From IMG/VR virus record IMGVR_UViG_2855455421_000002, positions 1-34,101 of that record: a stretch of 34,101 nucleotides of DNA; one strand, written 5' to 3'. This stretch comes from a virus. Under the pieces are notes generated by a model, which saw only the letters and a list, made by a program, of their open reading frames with translations, did not search any database and was not told the origin of the DNA. Position numbers and translations under genes: made by a program. This document shows positions 7,347-15,951 of this stretch, in pieces (the first letter of the stretch is position 1; every line of letters begins with the position of its first letter).

Positions 7347-9979
7347 AAGGTGACACCCCCTATGCCGTTCGCTCTCATTTTCCCGATGCGCCGCTGACCG
7401 AGTTCACGGTCGATATACGGCGTGACCACTCGCATGATTTCCCTGCCGTCCATGATGACAGGGACGACAATTTCTATTCTCTCTGTGCTTTGTTTTCCGC
7501 TGTTTTGCAGTTCTTCACGGATGATGCTTCGCAACATTCGTTGCGGCGCGACGATCTCGGGGTTTCCTGCTCCCGCGTCACCGACAATGGCTAGCGTTGG
7601 CTTGTCAACCACACCGCCTGTTGCCAGACGTGGAATGTTCGGAATGTTAAACCCAATCGAACCGCCGCCGCGTCCGCCAATCACCGGAACCCAATCGGGA
7701 ATCTTCGGGATCGGGATGCGAACGCTGTTGATTGAGTTAATCATGCGGTTAATAAAGCCAATGACTTTGTTTACTGCGTCCTTCACCGAGCTAACCACAC
7801 TATTCCATGCGCTGGATGTTGCGCTTTTCACTCCGTTCCATACGCTCGAAATGATACTCCGAATACTGTTGAACACGCTTGAAATTCCCGAACGGATGCC
7901 GTTGATAACAGAACTGATCGCGCTTTTGATCCCATTCCACACGCTCGACGTGATAGAACGAATGGTGTTCCATACGGTTGAAATCACGTTCTGAATTGCA
8001 TTGAAAACAGAAGAAACCGTAGACTTAATCACGTTCCATGCAGTAGTCAAAGCCGAACGGATGGTGTTCCAAACCGTCGTCGTCACGGTGCGAATGACGT
8101 TCCACACGGTTGAAATCACCGTTTGGATCGCGTTAAAGACCGCCGAGACGGCAGATTTAATGCCGTTCCATGTTGCCGTCAACGCCGACTTGATGGCGTT
8201 CCATACGGTCGAGGTCACGCTCTTAATCGTGTTCCAAATATTCGAAATCGCTGTTTTGATTGCCTCGAAAACGGTAGAAGCGACCGTTTTGATGGTGTTC
8301 CACGCCGTTGACAAGGCCGATTTGATGACGTTCCAAACCGTGATCGATACACTCTTGATGCCTTCCCACACACTCGTAAAGAACGCACCGAGCGCGCTGA
8401 ACACCGTTTGCGCCACGCTTTTGATTGCGTTCCACGAGTTCGTCAGAAACTTACTGACCGAATCCCAGTTCTTCCATAGCAAAACGATGATCGCGATAAG
8501 CGCTCCGATAACGCCTATTACAATCAACACCGGCGCCGCAATCGCTCCAAAGCTGACGCCAAGAACGCCCATCGCCATAGTGATGGTAGACACAATCGGC
8601 GCGAGCGTCAAAAACAGTCCGGTGATAATGCCAATCACCGTGACAATCGCCGCGATGGTTGCCGCCAGCTTCGGATTATTCGAAATCCACTCCGCTACTT
8701 TGCTGACTACATTAGCAATCCCCCGATACACCGGAGCTAGGGCTGTGTTTAAATCGTTGAACGCATTTTGCATTTGCACCATCGGGTCAGCATTCATTTG
8801 TTGCACGGTCTGGTTGAACAAGTCTTGATTCTTGCTCGCGTCACCCAAGTGCTTGTTCATGTTCAGAAGCGTTTCCGCAATGTTATCTCCTTGGTCTTCC
8901 CACATTGTTCCAAAAATTGCTACCCCCAAGGCGTTACGCTTCGTTTCATCATCGACGTTCATCAGCGCTTTGGCAACCTGTTGCATAGCCGTCCGCCCTC
9001 GCTCACCGCCTGCGGCGACGGCCTGTCCCCATGCCTGCAACTGCTTTGCGGAGATGCCTGTTCCTTTCAAGAGTTCGACCGTCGTTTCATTCACGCCCTG
9101 CCCGAATTCTGCAAGACGAATGCGGCCTTCCTTGAGGCCGTCAAGCAGGTTGTCGATGTTCCACGTCCCCGTTTCGACCCCCGCCGCGAAAATCGCCTGA
9201 ATTTCATTCGCCTCAAATCCAGCGCGGTTCAATTGTTGGCCGTACTCGGAAATGATGTCAAGCTGTTCAGGCGGAAATCCAATGCGTAACAGCGAATTGA
9301 CAAGCCCAAGCGCTTGCTGATCCGACATTTCAAGCTCACTGCCAATTTCATTTACCTCTTGAATCAACTCTGTAAAATCGATTCCCGAATAGGCAGCCGC
9401 GATCGCTCCGGCTCCCTCGACAATTTTCCGGTTTGCGGCGTCACTCGCATCAGCATTCAGCGCGAATTGACGGCGCACACCTTCTAGGGCGCTTTCCGCG
9501 TCAATCCCGTACGCTTTGACCGTGTTTGTTGCTTCTTTGACTGCTTGGATAGACTCGGGAGGAACGTCGAAGGAGACGCGAATTTTCGTCTCCGTGTTCA
9601 CGCTCTCTAACGCTTCCCCGACAACTGCTGAAATGCCTGCGCCTGTCGCTAAGCCGGACAGAACGGGCTCAAAATCAATGTCTTTCAGCGATTTCTCCGT
9701 ATTCTCCGCTTCGTCTTGTAGCTTCTTGAGTTCGCCTCTTGCTTGCGACGTATCCACTTTCGGGGAGGGCATGGAACGGATGGCTTGAGTGAGTTCTCGA
9801 ATTGCCCCTTCCAGTCGGACAATAGGAAACATGTCGGCTTGAATGTCCAAGTCCGGCACCGATTCAATGGCGCTTTCAACCGATTGGAACGCCTTTTCCG
9901 CGTTTCGGGTGACGCGGTTCAAAATACCGGACACTTCATCTACACCGGAAATGGCAATTTGAACGACTTGTTCCGCCAT
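7343..9979 (-). CDS. Tail tape measure protein (878 aa)
   Basis: It is one of the largest tail genes and follows the chaperone pair. It has a hydrophobic central segment (LAATIAAIVTVIGIITGLFLTLAP...IVLLW) followed by about 21 tandem 11-residue W/F-N-x-I-K/R-S repeats. SD AAAGGGGAG lies upstream of the ATG at 9979. Confidence 0.9.
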   Translation of the reverse strand: MAEQVVQIAISGVDEVSGILNRVTRNAEKAFQSVESAIESVPDLDIQADMFPIVRLEGAIRELTQAIRSMPSPKVDTSQARGELKKLQDEAENTEKSLKDIDFEPVLSGLATGAGISAVVGEALESVNTETKIRVSFDVPPESIQAVKEATNTVKAYGIDAESALEGVRRQFALNADASDAANRKIVEGAGAIAAAYSGIDFTELIQEVNEIGSELEMSDQQALGLVNSLLRIGFPPEQLDIISEYGQQLNRAGFEANEIQAIFAAGVETGTWNIDNLLDGLKEGRIRLAEFGQGVNETTVELLKGTGISAKQLQAWGQAVAAGGERGRTAMQQVAKALMNVDDETKRNALGVAIFGTMWEDQGDNIAETLLNMNKHLGDASKNQDLFNQTVQQMNADPMVQMQNAFNDLNTALAPVYRGIANVVSKVAEWISNNPKLAATIAAIVTVIGIITGLFLTLAPIVSTITMAMGVLGVSFGAIAAPVLIVIGVIGALIAIIVLLWKNWDSVSKFLTNSWNAIKSVAQTVFSALGAFFTSVWEGIKSVSITVWNVIKSALSTAWNTIKTVASTVFEAIKTAISNIWNTIKSVTSTVWNAIKSALTATWNGIKSAVSAVFNAIQTVISTVWNVIRTVTTTVWNTIRSALTTAWNVIKSTVSSVFNAIQNVISTVWNTIRSITSSVWNGIKSAISSVINGIRSGISSVFNSIRSIISSVWNGVKSATSSAWNSVVSSVKDAVNKVIGFINRMINSINSVRIPIPKIPDWVPVIGGRGGGSIGFNIPNIPRLATGGVVDKPTLAIVGDAGAGNPEIVAPQRMLRSIIREELQNSGKQSTERIEIVVPVIMDGREIMRVVTPYIDRELGQRRIGKMRANGIGGVTL
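7781..8473 (-). repeat. In-frame 33-bp (11-aa) tandem repeats inside the tape measure gene, about 21 units, with a 132-bp (44-aa) higher-order period
   Basis: Units such as TVWNVIKSALS / TAWNTIKTVAS / TVFEAIKTAIS / NIWNTIKSVTS recur three times as a four-unit block. Two more degenerate units extend to about 7715. Confidence 0.9.
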
Positions 9980-9982
9980 GCA

Positions 9983-10195
9983 TCATCTCCCCTTTCGTAA
10001 ACGCACTCGCGAAGGGAGCTTTCTACGCAGTTTCTCCGCTTCTTTTTGGCGTTCTTTTTGAATCTTGTTATGGTGTGCAATCAGCACTTCTTGTTGCAAG
10101 GGCGTCATGTAAGGAATGTCGAGTGGCGAAACGCCACACTCTTTCACGAGAAAATAAAAATTCCTTCCTTCACGACTGAAGAAAGGAATCATCAT
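9983..10195 (-). CDS. Second tail-assembly-chaperone ORF (gpT-position), 70 aa if independently initiated
   Basis: The ORF overlaps the 3' end of the upstream chaperone gene and ends 4 nt before the tape measure ATG. The ATG at 10195 is preceded by GGTGGA with 5-nt spacing. The open frame extends to 10273 and is +1 relative to the upstream gene. Confidence 0.55.
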   Translation of the reverse strand: MMIPFFSREGRNFYFLVKECGVSPLDIPYMTPLQQEVLIAHHNKIQKERQKEAEKLRRKLPSRVRLRKGR

Positions 10196-10598
10196 CGTTT
10201 TCCACCGCTTCTTGAACTTGTTGTTTGTTCCCGATGCCCGTGATCTCGTAAATTCGGTTGGCGATTTCATCAACCAACTTCGGCGGGAACTCGTTTTCCA
10301 CTACTTGTTCTGTAATCATCGGGTCAACCGTCCCGTATGCCACGGCTTTGATTGCCGCCCGTTTCCGGCCGCGCAGGTTGGCTTTTGTATCGAATTGAAG
10401 TGTTTGTGCCACCTTGCCTTTCAGTGTTGGCGTTCCTTTCACTGCCACGCCTTCTTGCATGAGTTCTTCGACTTCCAGTGCCTCTTTGTTGTTCAGAGGG
10501 CGAATATCCACCTCAAATTCTTCTCCGTTCCACGTCACGGTCATCGTTTCTTGGTAGGCTGTTCCGTTCAATACACCGGCAGTCAATTTTTTAGCCAT
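10170..10598 (-). CDS. Tail assembly chaperone (gpG-position), 142 aa
   Basis: Position between the major tail protein and the tape measure, with an acidic C-terminus. I chose the ATG at 10598, preceded by GGAGGG with 7-nt spacing. The track starts at the TTG at 10613. Confidence 0.6.
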   Translation of the reverse strand: MAKKLTAGVLNGTAYQETMTVTWNGEEFEVDIRPLNNKEALEVEELMQEGVAVKGTPTLKGKVAQTLQFDTKANLRGRKRAAIKAVAYGTVDPMITEQVVENEFPPKLVDEIANRIYEITGIGNKQQVQEAVENDDDSFLQS

Positions 10599-10670
10599 TC
10601 GTTTTCCCTCCAAATTCCGTTTGTTTTCGTCCTTCTAAAAAACAGATGAGGATAAGCGTTTTGCCTATCC

Positions 10671-11621
10671 TCATGCGACTGTATACGATGCCTTGTCGTT
10701 CGTCAGCGACACCTGAATGGGTCCTGTTCCTGTCGCTTGGTCAAACAAGGCTCGCGCTGTTACTGTCTGAACAATTCCTTCCCGCCCTTCGACCGGTTGG
10801 CTCGATGCTGTATAAATCAGACGCGGGAAAATGATGTCCAAATTGCTCCCTAGATGCAACGTGTATCCGAATTCCTGCAATGTGTCAGTGCTTGGACCGT
10901 CCGCGCCGCCCCAAAAGGCGATCAGCTCTTGGTCGCTGTCGAATCCAAGGGCAACCTCTAACGTAACAACCATCGAACCCATGAACGCTTTTTTCGGGAA
11001 ACGAGAGCCAAATCCTTGGGCACTCTCAATGTCCGCGCCTGTCTCCACCGTCAGCTTCAAACTGTTCACAGACGCGCTCATATCCGTTCCGCCCTTTTCA
11101 AGCGCCGCCATTGGCGCGGTGAAGACGTTGCCTTCCGTGAATTGAATGTTGGTGGCCAACGGCGCTCGTTTGTCCGATGCGCCTAACGTGTTGACCGTTA
11201 GCAACGCCCACTCATTCTCAATCTCCAATTCTAGCGACTCAATCACGTTGCCAAGAAAGACATGTTCCATAATGTCTTTCCCCACTTTGGCTGAAAATGA
11301 AGGCATCAGCGCACTACGAGCCGGATAGAACGTGTGCGTATAACCGGTCGTGCCATCGCCTGTCACTTCATAGCCGCCCAACGCCCACTTCCAAAACCAG
11401 CCCGTCGCTTTGTCGTCAAGAGGCAACGTGATCGCCCCGCCTGTCGAGTATACGCCCAACTGCGCCACGCGATCCAAGCCGGAAATGCCTTCGTAAATCA
11501 GCTTGTCGTCTTCGGCAGGTTCAATCGAAACACTTTCGGGGTCTAGCGTTTCCGCATATTGCGCCGCCTCCACCCCGAATTCTGTTTCCTCGCCAATCAT
11601 CAAGTAGCGAGTAATTGCCAT
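10671..11621 (-). CDS. Major tail (tube) protein, 316 aa
   Basis: Position directly upstream of the chaperone pair. Strong SD GAGGTGA before the ATG at 11621. No sheath gene is present, which indicates a siphovirus. Confidence 0.6.
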   Translation of the reverse strand: MAITRYLMIGEETEFGVEAAQYAETLDPESVSIEPAEDDKLIYEGISGLDRVAQLGVYSTGGAITLPLDDKATGWFWKWALGGYEVTGDGTTGYTHTFYPARSALMPSFSAKVGKDIMEHVFLGNVIESLELEIENEWALLTVNTLGASDKRAPLATNIQFTEGNVFTAPMAALEKGGTDMSASVNSLKLTVETGADIESAQGFGSRFPKKAFMGSMVVTLEVALGFDSDQELIAFWGGADGPSTDTLQEFGYTLHLGSNLDIIFPRLIYTASSQPVEGREGIVQTVTARALFDQATGTGPIQVSLTNDKASYTVA

Positions 11622-11632
11622 GGGTCATCACC

Positions 11633-11845
11633 TCACTCTTTAACGGTCTTGAGTGGTGCAGGAGTTAGGGTGGCGGCATAGTCCGTATCCGCTGTTCCGG
11701 CATCCGCGTCAAGTTTTTGCAACAAAGCGATTTGCTTGTTTCGCAACTCGTTCAGATCGTCAATCAAGTCATTAAAAATCGCTGGCAGTTGAGCAACACC
11801 AGCGCCACCTTCGCCTTTTCCGATGTGTTTTGGCACTTTCGCCAT
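11633..11845 (-). CDS. Small structural-module protein (70 aa)
   Basis: SD GGAGGGAG before the ATG at 11845. Tightly packed between neck and tail genes. Confidence 0.5.
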   Translation of the reverse strand: MAKVPKHIGKGEGGAGVAQLPAIFNDLIDDLNELRNKQIALLQKLDADAGTADTDYAATLTPAPLKTVKE

Positions 11846-11846
11846 G

Positions 11847-12290
11847 CTACTCCCTCCGTTTCACTCGAAAATCAAATTGCACCGCAGACCAACAGACCTG
11901 CGTATTGTTGCCCATCTCATAGGCAGGGTCGACTTGCGTCGGACGAACATCCGACACGGTGCCGCCTAGCGTCCGGTCTTTCACAAGCACGTCATAGACC
12001 GTCAACGCCAAATCATGCGCTTTCTCAAGCGCTTGTTCGGGGTCATTTGCTTTGACGAGAACGACAAAGTTGAATCGTATGTCATGATCGGCTGTTTTCC
12101 CACCGACCAAGTTAGGAGCATACGGCTCGGGGACAATCCAAATCGCAGGCGTCAGTAACGTCCCGACTCTCGCCTTTTCCCCGTAGACAATCCGTTTGAT
12201 TTCAGCGAGTTCCGGCGCCTGCTCCAATACTTCCCGAACCTTCGCCCGAATCTCCCTGTGAATGTCCTTGAGAGGCTTGTTTTGAATCAT
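11847..12290 (-). CDS. Neck / tail-completion (tail terminator position) protein, 147 aa
   Basis: Called on gene order only. ATGA overlap with the upstream gene at 12287-12290. Confidence 0.45.
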   Translation of the reverse strand: MIQNKPLKDIHREIRAKVREVLEQAPELAEIKRIVYGEKARVGTLLTPAIWIVPEPYAPNLVGGKTADHDIRFNFVVLVKANDPEQALEKAHDLALTVYDVLVKDRTLGGTVSDVRPTQVDPAYEMGNNTQVCWSAVQFDFRVKRRE

Positions 12291-12718
12291 ATCAGTTTCA
12301 CTTCCCTCAACGCCTGTTCAACGAAATCGTCAATTCGCCGTTCGGCTGCGGCGATAGAACGCTCAATAAAGCGTTTCGGCTTAATTCCCGGGTGTTTGAC
12401 CTTTTTGGCAAAGACCACTTCACCGTTTACCTCAAATCGCAACGCTTTCGCTCGCCGCGGATAGATTTCATATGGTCCAGAACCATAGTTTTGCACAAGC
12501 GCATATTCAACGTTCGTGCCAACTGTATAGAACCGCGCGTTTCGTTTTTGCAATTTCCATGATCCGGCCAAGCGCCCGTGGTCTTGTGGAGAAAACTCCA
12601 TCAAATTGCCCCACACTTCAAGCGCAGTCAGTTCGGTCGCGCGGTTTAGCGCTGCCCTCATCCGCGGAATCAACCGCCTCAAGTCTTCCATGCTGATTTC
12701 AGCATCAAACATGTTCAT
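12287..12718 (-). CDS. HK97 gp10-family head-tail joining protein, 143 aa
   Basis: Motifs SPQDHGRLAGSW ... VGTNVEYALVQNYG ... KPKRFIERS resemble the HK97 gp10 family. The ATG at 12718 overlaps the upstream TGA by 1 nt. Confidence 0.6.
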   Translation of the reverse strand: MNMFDAEISMEDLRRLIPRMRAALNRATELTALEVWGNLMEFSPQDHGRLAGSWKLQKRNARFYTVGTNVEYALVQNYGSGPYEIYPRRAKALRFEVNGEVVFAKKVKHPGIKPKRFIERSIAAAERRIDDFVEQALREVKLI

Positions 12719-13140
12719 CACGCCTCTACATAGTCATCTGAAGAAAGAAAGATGTCTATTTTTTGTCTCATAAACGGCTGTAGTTCCGTCCTCAAGTCTT
12801 TTGTGACGTCCGATGTATTCAAAATGGAGACGGCAAAGTCGTCAATTTGAATGATCGGACTGGAACGTTGCTGTTGGGCTACCGCCACCACTTTGGCGAC
12901 AGTCCTCACCAAAACGTCTTGGATCGCCAAATAGTCGTCATCCGTTTCAAGAACGGTTCGTTTGAGCCTAGCATGGATATGTGACGCGATCCGCTCAATC
13001 CATGTCGACAGCAAATCATCCAGCGCCGCTTCGGGATCAGCCGCATTCGGAAAGCGGAAATACTCCGCAGAAACGCCAGTCAAATTCCGAACGTCCTGCG
13101 GAGTGACCACCTCAGTCACAGGCTTTTCAAATAAGGGCAT
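12718..13140 (-). CDS. gp6-like head-tail connector (adaptor) protein, 140 aa
   Basis: Position after the capsid genes. The N-terminal VTPQDVRNLTG...ALDDLLSTWIERIASHI resembles the Phage_connect_1 pattern. Confidence 0.5.
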   Translation of the reverse strand: MPLFEKPVTEVVTPQDVRNLTGVSAEYFRFPNAADPEAALDDLLSTWIERIASHIHARLKRTVLETDDDYLAIQDVLVRTVAKVVAVAQQQRSSPIIQIDDFAVSILNTSDVTKDLRTELQPFMRQKIDIFLSSDDYVEA

Positions 13141-13146
13141 GGGGCA

Positions 13147-13506
13147 TCACTCTTCTTTCAACGCTTCGAGCTTGTCGATCAGTGTCGAACGTTTCTTGCC
13201 TGCTTTTTCTTGGGACAACGCCTCGTCAACAGAAATCTTACCCTCCTTGACCGCTTCCAGCACTTCGTCAATGGTCATGCTTTGAATGTCCAGCGAATTT
13301 TCGGCGGTCTTGGCACTTTCATGACTATCCTTTGCTCCGCTTTTGTCATCTTTTTCGATGATCTCCACCTCAAAGTCTCGCACCGCTTTCACGGTCAAGT
13401 ATTCGCGGTTTCCGACAGTAAGTTCAACCGTTTTGTTAGGCGGAAACTCGACACCAAGACGGTATCGAGTTTTCCGGCCTTTGTTCACCACACGCAGTAT
13501 CTTCAT
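13147..13506 (-). CDS. Head-module protein with C-terminal HeH/Rho-N-like helix pair, 119 aa
   Basis: SD GAGGTGAAGAGGA before the ATG at 13506. The C-terminal MTIDEVLEAVKEGKISVDEALSQE resembles HeH/SAP-like motifs common after capsid genes. Confidence 0.45.
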   Translation of the reverse strand: MKILRVVNKGRKTRYRLGVEFPPNKTVELTVGNREYLTVKAVRDFEVEIIEKDDKSGAKDSHESAKTAENSLDIQSMTIDEVLEAVKEGKISVDEALSQEKAGKKRSTLIDKLEALKEE

Positions 13507-13520
13507 TCCTCTTCACCTCA

Positions 13521-14438
13521 TCAGCCCGTATAGCCTTGTCCGACGACAGCGGCGTTCTCATCCTCAAAGTGGCAGTCAACGCGCAACGTCGTGACAAAGT
13601 CCGTACGCCGCGCCTTCGGTTGGCGATCCGGCTCAATGCGAATGTCGCGATAGATGCCGTAAACAAGGTTAGCCGGGTTGACCAAAAGCGCCGTTCCGGC
13701 AGGCATGTTCGCCGAATCGACCACCGGAATGCCTTTGTAGGCTAATTGCGTCGCGGTCGTTTGCGCCGTATCGCCAAGCCCCGTGCCACGCGCGCGAAGG
13801 ACATCGCGGTAGGCGTCTTCAATGTCCCAATGAACATAGAAACGCCATTGCGAACGATCGCGCAGGTATTTCTTCGGCACCGCGTGGATCATAGCGTCAA
13901 ACATCGCTTCGACGTTCTTCGGATCAAAATCCGTCGTGCCTTGAACAAGGTTGGCCGCTTTCTTGAGCCAGCCGTCCGTTTTCGCCAAGAACGGATCGCT
14001 GCTCGATTTGTCGCCGTTAAGGAACAGTTCTTCGAGGTCAACGCCAACACGTTCAGCGATCAATTGAATCAACGTATCCTCGAATCCTTCGCGCTCGATG
14101 TTATCCTCAAGGGTCGAATCCGTGATCCCCGAAACGCCAATGACTTCAACCGACTCCAATTTATTCGTGCTGAATTCCGGCTTCGCTTCTCCGGTCGGCG
14201 CTTCTCCTTCCGTCGCCGCTTGCAAGATGCGCGAGCCGAATGCGATGCGGTCAATATCGTGCGTATGGCTCGTCATATCAATTCGGCGCGCTTCGTCCAG
14301 AATGCGCGTCGCTTGGGAGACCGTCCGCACAAAAAGCTGTTGTTTCGCAGGCGCTAAACGAGCCGCGCCAAGGTCGGTCGTCGTGATGGCTTTTAAGACG
14401 TTTTCCAATTTTCCAAGAAGCATGTCGTTCGTCATCAT
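13521..14438 (-). CDS. Major capsid protein, 305 aa
   Basis: Position after the protease/scaffold gene and appropriate size. I chose the ATG at 14438 (MMTNDML), preceded by AAAGGAG. The track GTG at 14477 lies inside a palindrome right after the upstream stop. Confidence 0.7.
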   Translation of the reverse strand: MMTNDMLLGKLENVLKAITTTDLGAARLAPAKQQLFVRTVSQATRILDEARRIDMTSHTHDIDRIAFGSRILQAATEGEAPTGEAKPEFSTNKLESVEVIGVSGITDSTLEDNIEREGFEDTLIQLIAERVGVDLEELFLNGDKSSSDPFLAKTDGWLKKAANLVQGTTDFDPKNVEAMFDAMIHAVPKKYLRDRSQWRFYVHWDIEDAYRDVLRARGTGLGDTAQTTATQLAYKGIPVVDSANMPAGTALLVNPANLVYGIYRDIRIEPDRQPKARRTDFVTTLRVDCHFEDENAAVVGQGYTG

Positions 14439-14480
14439 ATGTTCAACACTCCTTTGTTTGAATTTTGTGTCTGACACAAA

Positions 14481-15884
14481 TTATTTGCGTTTGAATCCAA
14501 ACGGGTCGCGGTCGTGTTCGTCTTGCGGCTTCGCTTTTTCCGCTCCGTCTTGTCCCGTCAGACGTTTCGAGAACGGAATTTTCCGTTTGAGTTCGTCAAG
14601 CTGTTTGACGACTTTTTCGTATTTCTCTTTATAGCTATCGTCTTCGCTTTTGGCAGCGGCTTCGCCTTCGAGGTCATCGTCTTCAGTCTGCGGTTCTTGC
14701 GGCTCGTTCTCCGGCGCCGCTCCTTTCAACGTGCTCATGATTTCCGACAGCTTGTCATTTACGGGTTTCAACGAATCATCGATCATTTTTTGAACGTCCT
14801 CGACTTTCACTTCGTCATCACCTTCTTTCGATTTGTTTGCTCGTTCTTCTTCGGCAATCCGCAACAATTCGTCAATGACTTCCTTCGCGGCTTGCAGCTT
14901 CTCGTAGTTCGCATCAGAAATTTTTCGCCCTGCCTTTTCGGATGGTTTCAGCCCCAGCTTTTCTTTGAATCTATCGAAAAAGCTTTTATTCGCTCGCTGT
15001 GGGCTTTTTTCTTCGCTTGAAAGGGTTACCCCTTGCCCGCCGCTTTGCTCGTCTCCTAGAGCCGCCTGCGCGGCCACAGCGACGCTTTGCGGCGAAGGGG
15101 ATTCAACAGGAATGATGTTCTCCACGATGCGAACTTCTTGCAGGTCGCCGACAAACTCGACGTCTCCCTGCTCGTTGATCGTGTAGCCGATTTGGAAGAA
15201 TCGTTTTTTGCCGCTCGCCAAGTCATCGACACGGATCACAACGGAATCTTCGAAAATGGAATAGACATACGAATCAAACGCGCCGTTATCGAATGTCTGA
15301 TAGACTTTTTCGCGCAACAGTTCGCTGATGTATTCAAACGAACCTTGAATGGCCTTTTTCACCGCATCTTCTCGATTGTCCTTGCTTTTGATCGCGATGA
15401 ATTTGGCTTTCGGCACGGCAGGCTCGTCAACAAGGGAAACGGCATTGACCACCCAATCACCTGCTGAGCGTTCCAAGTCGGCTAGCGTCGTGCGTTTCGC
15501 CGCTTCTTTCGATTTCAGCGCCACTTTCGGGACACCCATGATCGAAAATCCAGTCAGTTTCCCTTCCTTCACCGCCCGCCAGACATCCTCATCCTGAACA
15601 CGAACACCCATCATCCAACTTCCTTTCGGCACGGTTAAATCCTCGTTAATCTCCCAATCAAACGGCAAGATGTACGATTCCACCACCTTGCCGACATTGT
15701 TCAGCGTGTGTTGCAAATCGATGTTGCCGTATTGCTCTAAAAACTTGTGCGCTACTTCCTCGATTTTTTCAGCGGATACCATGTCACCGTCGCTGTCCGG
15801 CTCGTTTGGAACGAGAACGGGTCCAAACACAATCCGCTTCTCCTCGTTCTTGTGCGTGACTGGCGCGGTGAGTTCGTGTTTCAT
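14481..15884 (-). CDS. XkdF-like prohead protease fused to an acidic scaffold-like C-terminus, 467 aa
   Basis: The N-terminal EEKRIVFGPVLVPNEPDSDGDMVSAEKIEEVAHKFL matches the XkdF/Peptidase_S78_2 pattern. The C-terminus is E/K-rich and coil-like. I chose the ATG at 15884 with SD AAAGGAG. Confidence 0.65.
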   Translation of the reverse strand: MKHELTAPVTHKNEEKRIVFGPVLVPNEPDSDGDMVSAEKIEEVAHKFLEQYGNIDLQHTLNNVGKVVESYILPFDWEINEDLTVPKGSWMMGVRVQDEDVWRAVKEGKLTGFSIMGVPKVALKSKEAAKRTTLADLERSAGDWVVNAVSLVDEPAVPKAKFIAIKSKDNREDAVKKAIQGSFEYISELLREKVYQTFDNGAFDSYVYSIFEDSVVIRVDDLASGKKRFFQIGYTINEQGDVEFVGDLQEVRIVENIIPVESPSPQSVAVAAQAALGDEQSGGQGVTLSSEEKSPQRANKSFFDRFKEKLGLKPSEKAGRKISDANYEKLQAAKEVIDELLRIAEEERANKSKEGDDEVKVEDVQKMIDDSLKPVNDKLSEIMSTLKGAAPENEPQEPQTEDDDLEGEAAAKSEDDSYKEKYEKVVKQLDELKRKIPFSKRLTGQDGAEKAKPQDEHDRDPFGFKRK

Positions 15885-15951
15885 TCTCTCACTCCTTTCT
15901 GTTCGGAATCGTTTCAAAAAACGCGCTACGCCTAGAATGAAATCACCCCCT

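Noticed and set aside
7715-8473. Regular 33-bp periodic repeats that could superficially look like a CRISPR array
   Set aside because: The units are contiguous with no unique spacers. They are degenerate rather than exact and translate in frame as an 11-aa protein repeat.
7422-8828. Long plus-strand ORFs (190 aa and 275 aa) antisense to the tape measure gene
   Set aside because: They are repetitive shadow frames produced by the 33-bp in-frame repeats. They have no SD and lie entirely inside a confident minus-strand gene.
10170-10273. Canonical -1 programmed frameshift for the tail chaperone pair
   Set aside because: Frame arithmetic shows the downstream ORF is +1, and I found no slippery heptamer. 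It is reported instead as an open question.
14464-14482. Palindrome tttgtgtc-t-gacacaaa between the scaffold and capsid genes
   Set aside because: No U-run follows it on the transcribed strand, so it is not a terminator. It may be an mRNA processing or stability hairpin, but the evidence is too thin for a call.
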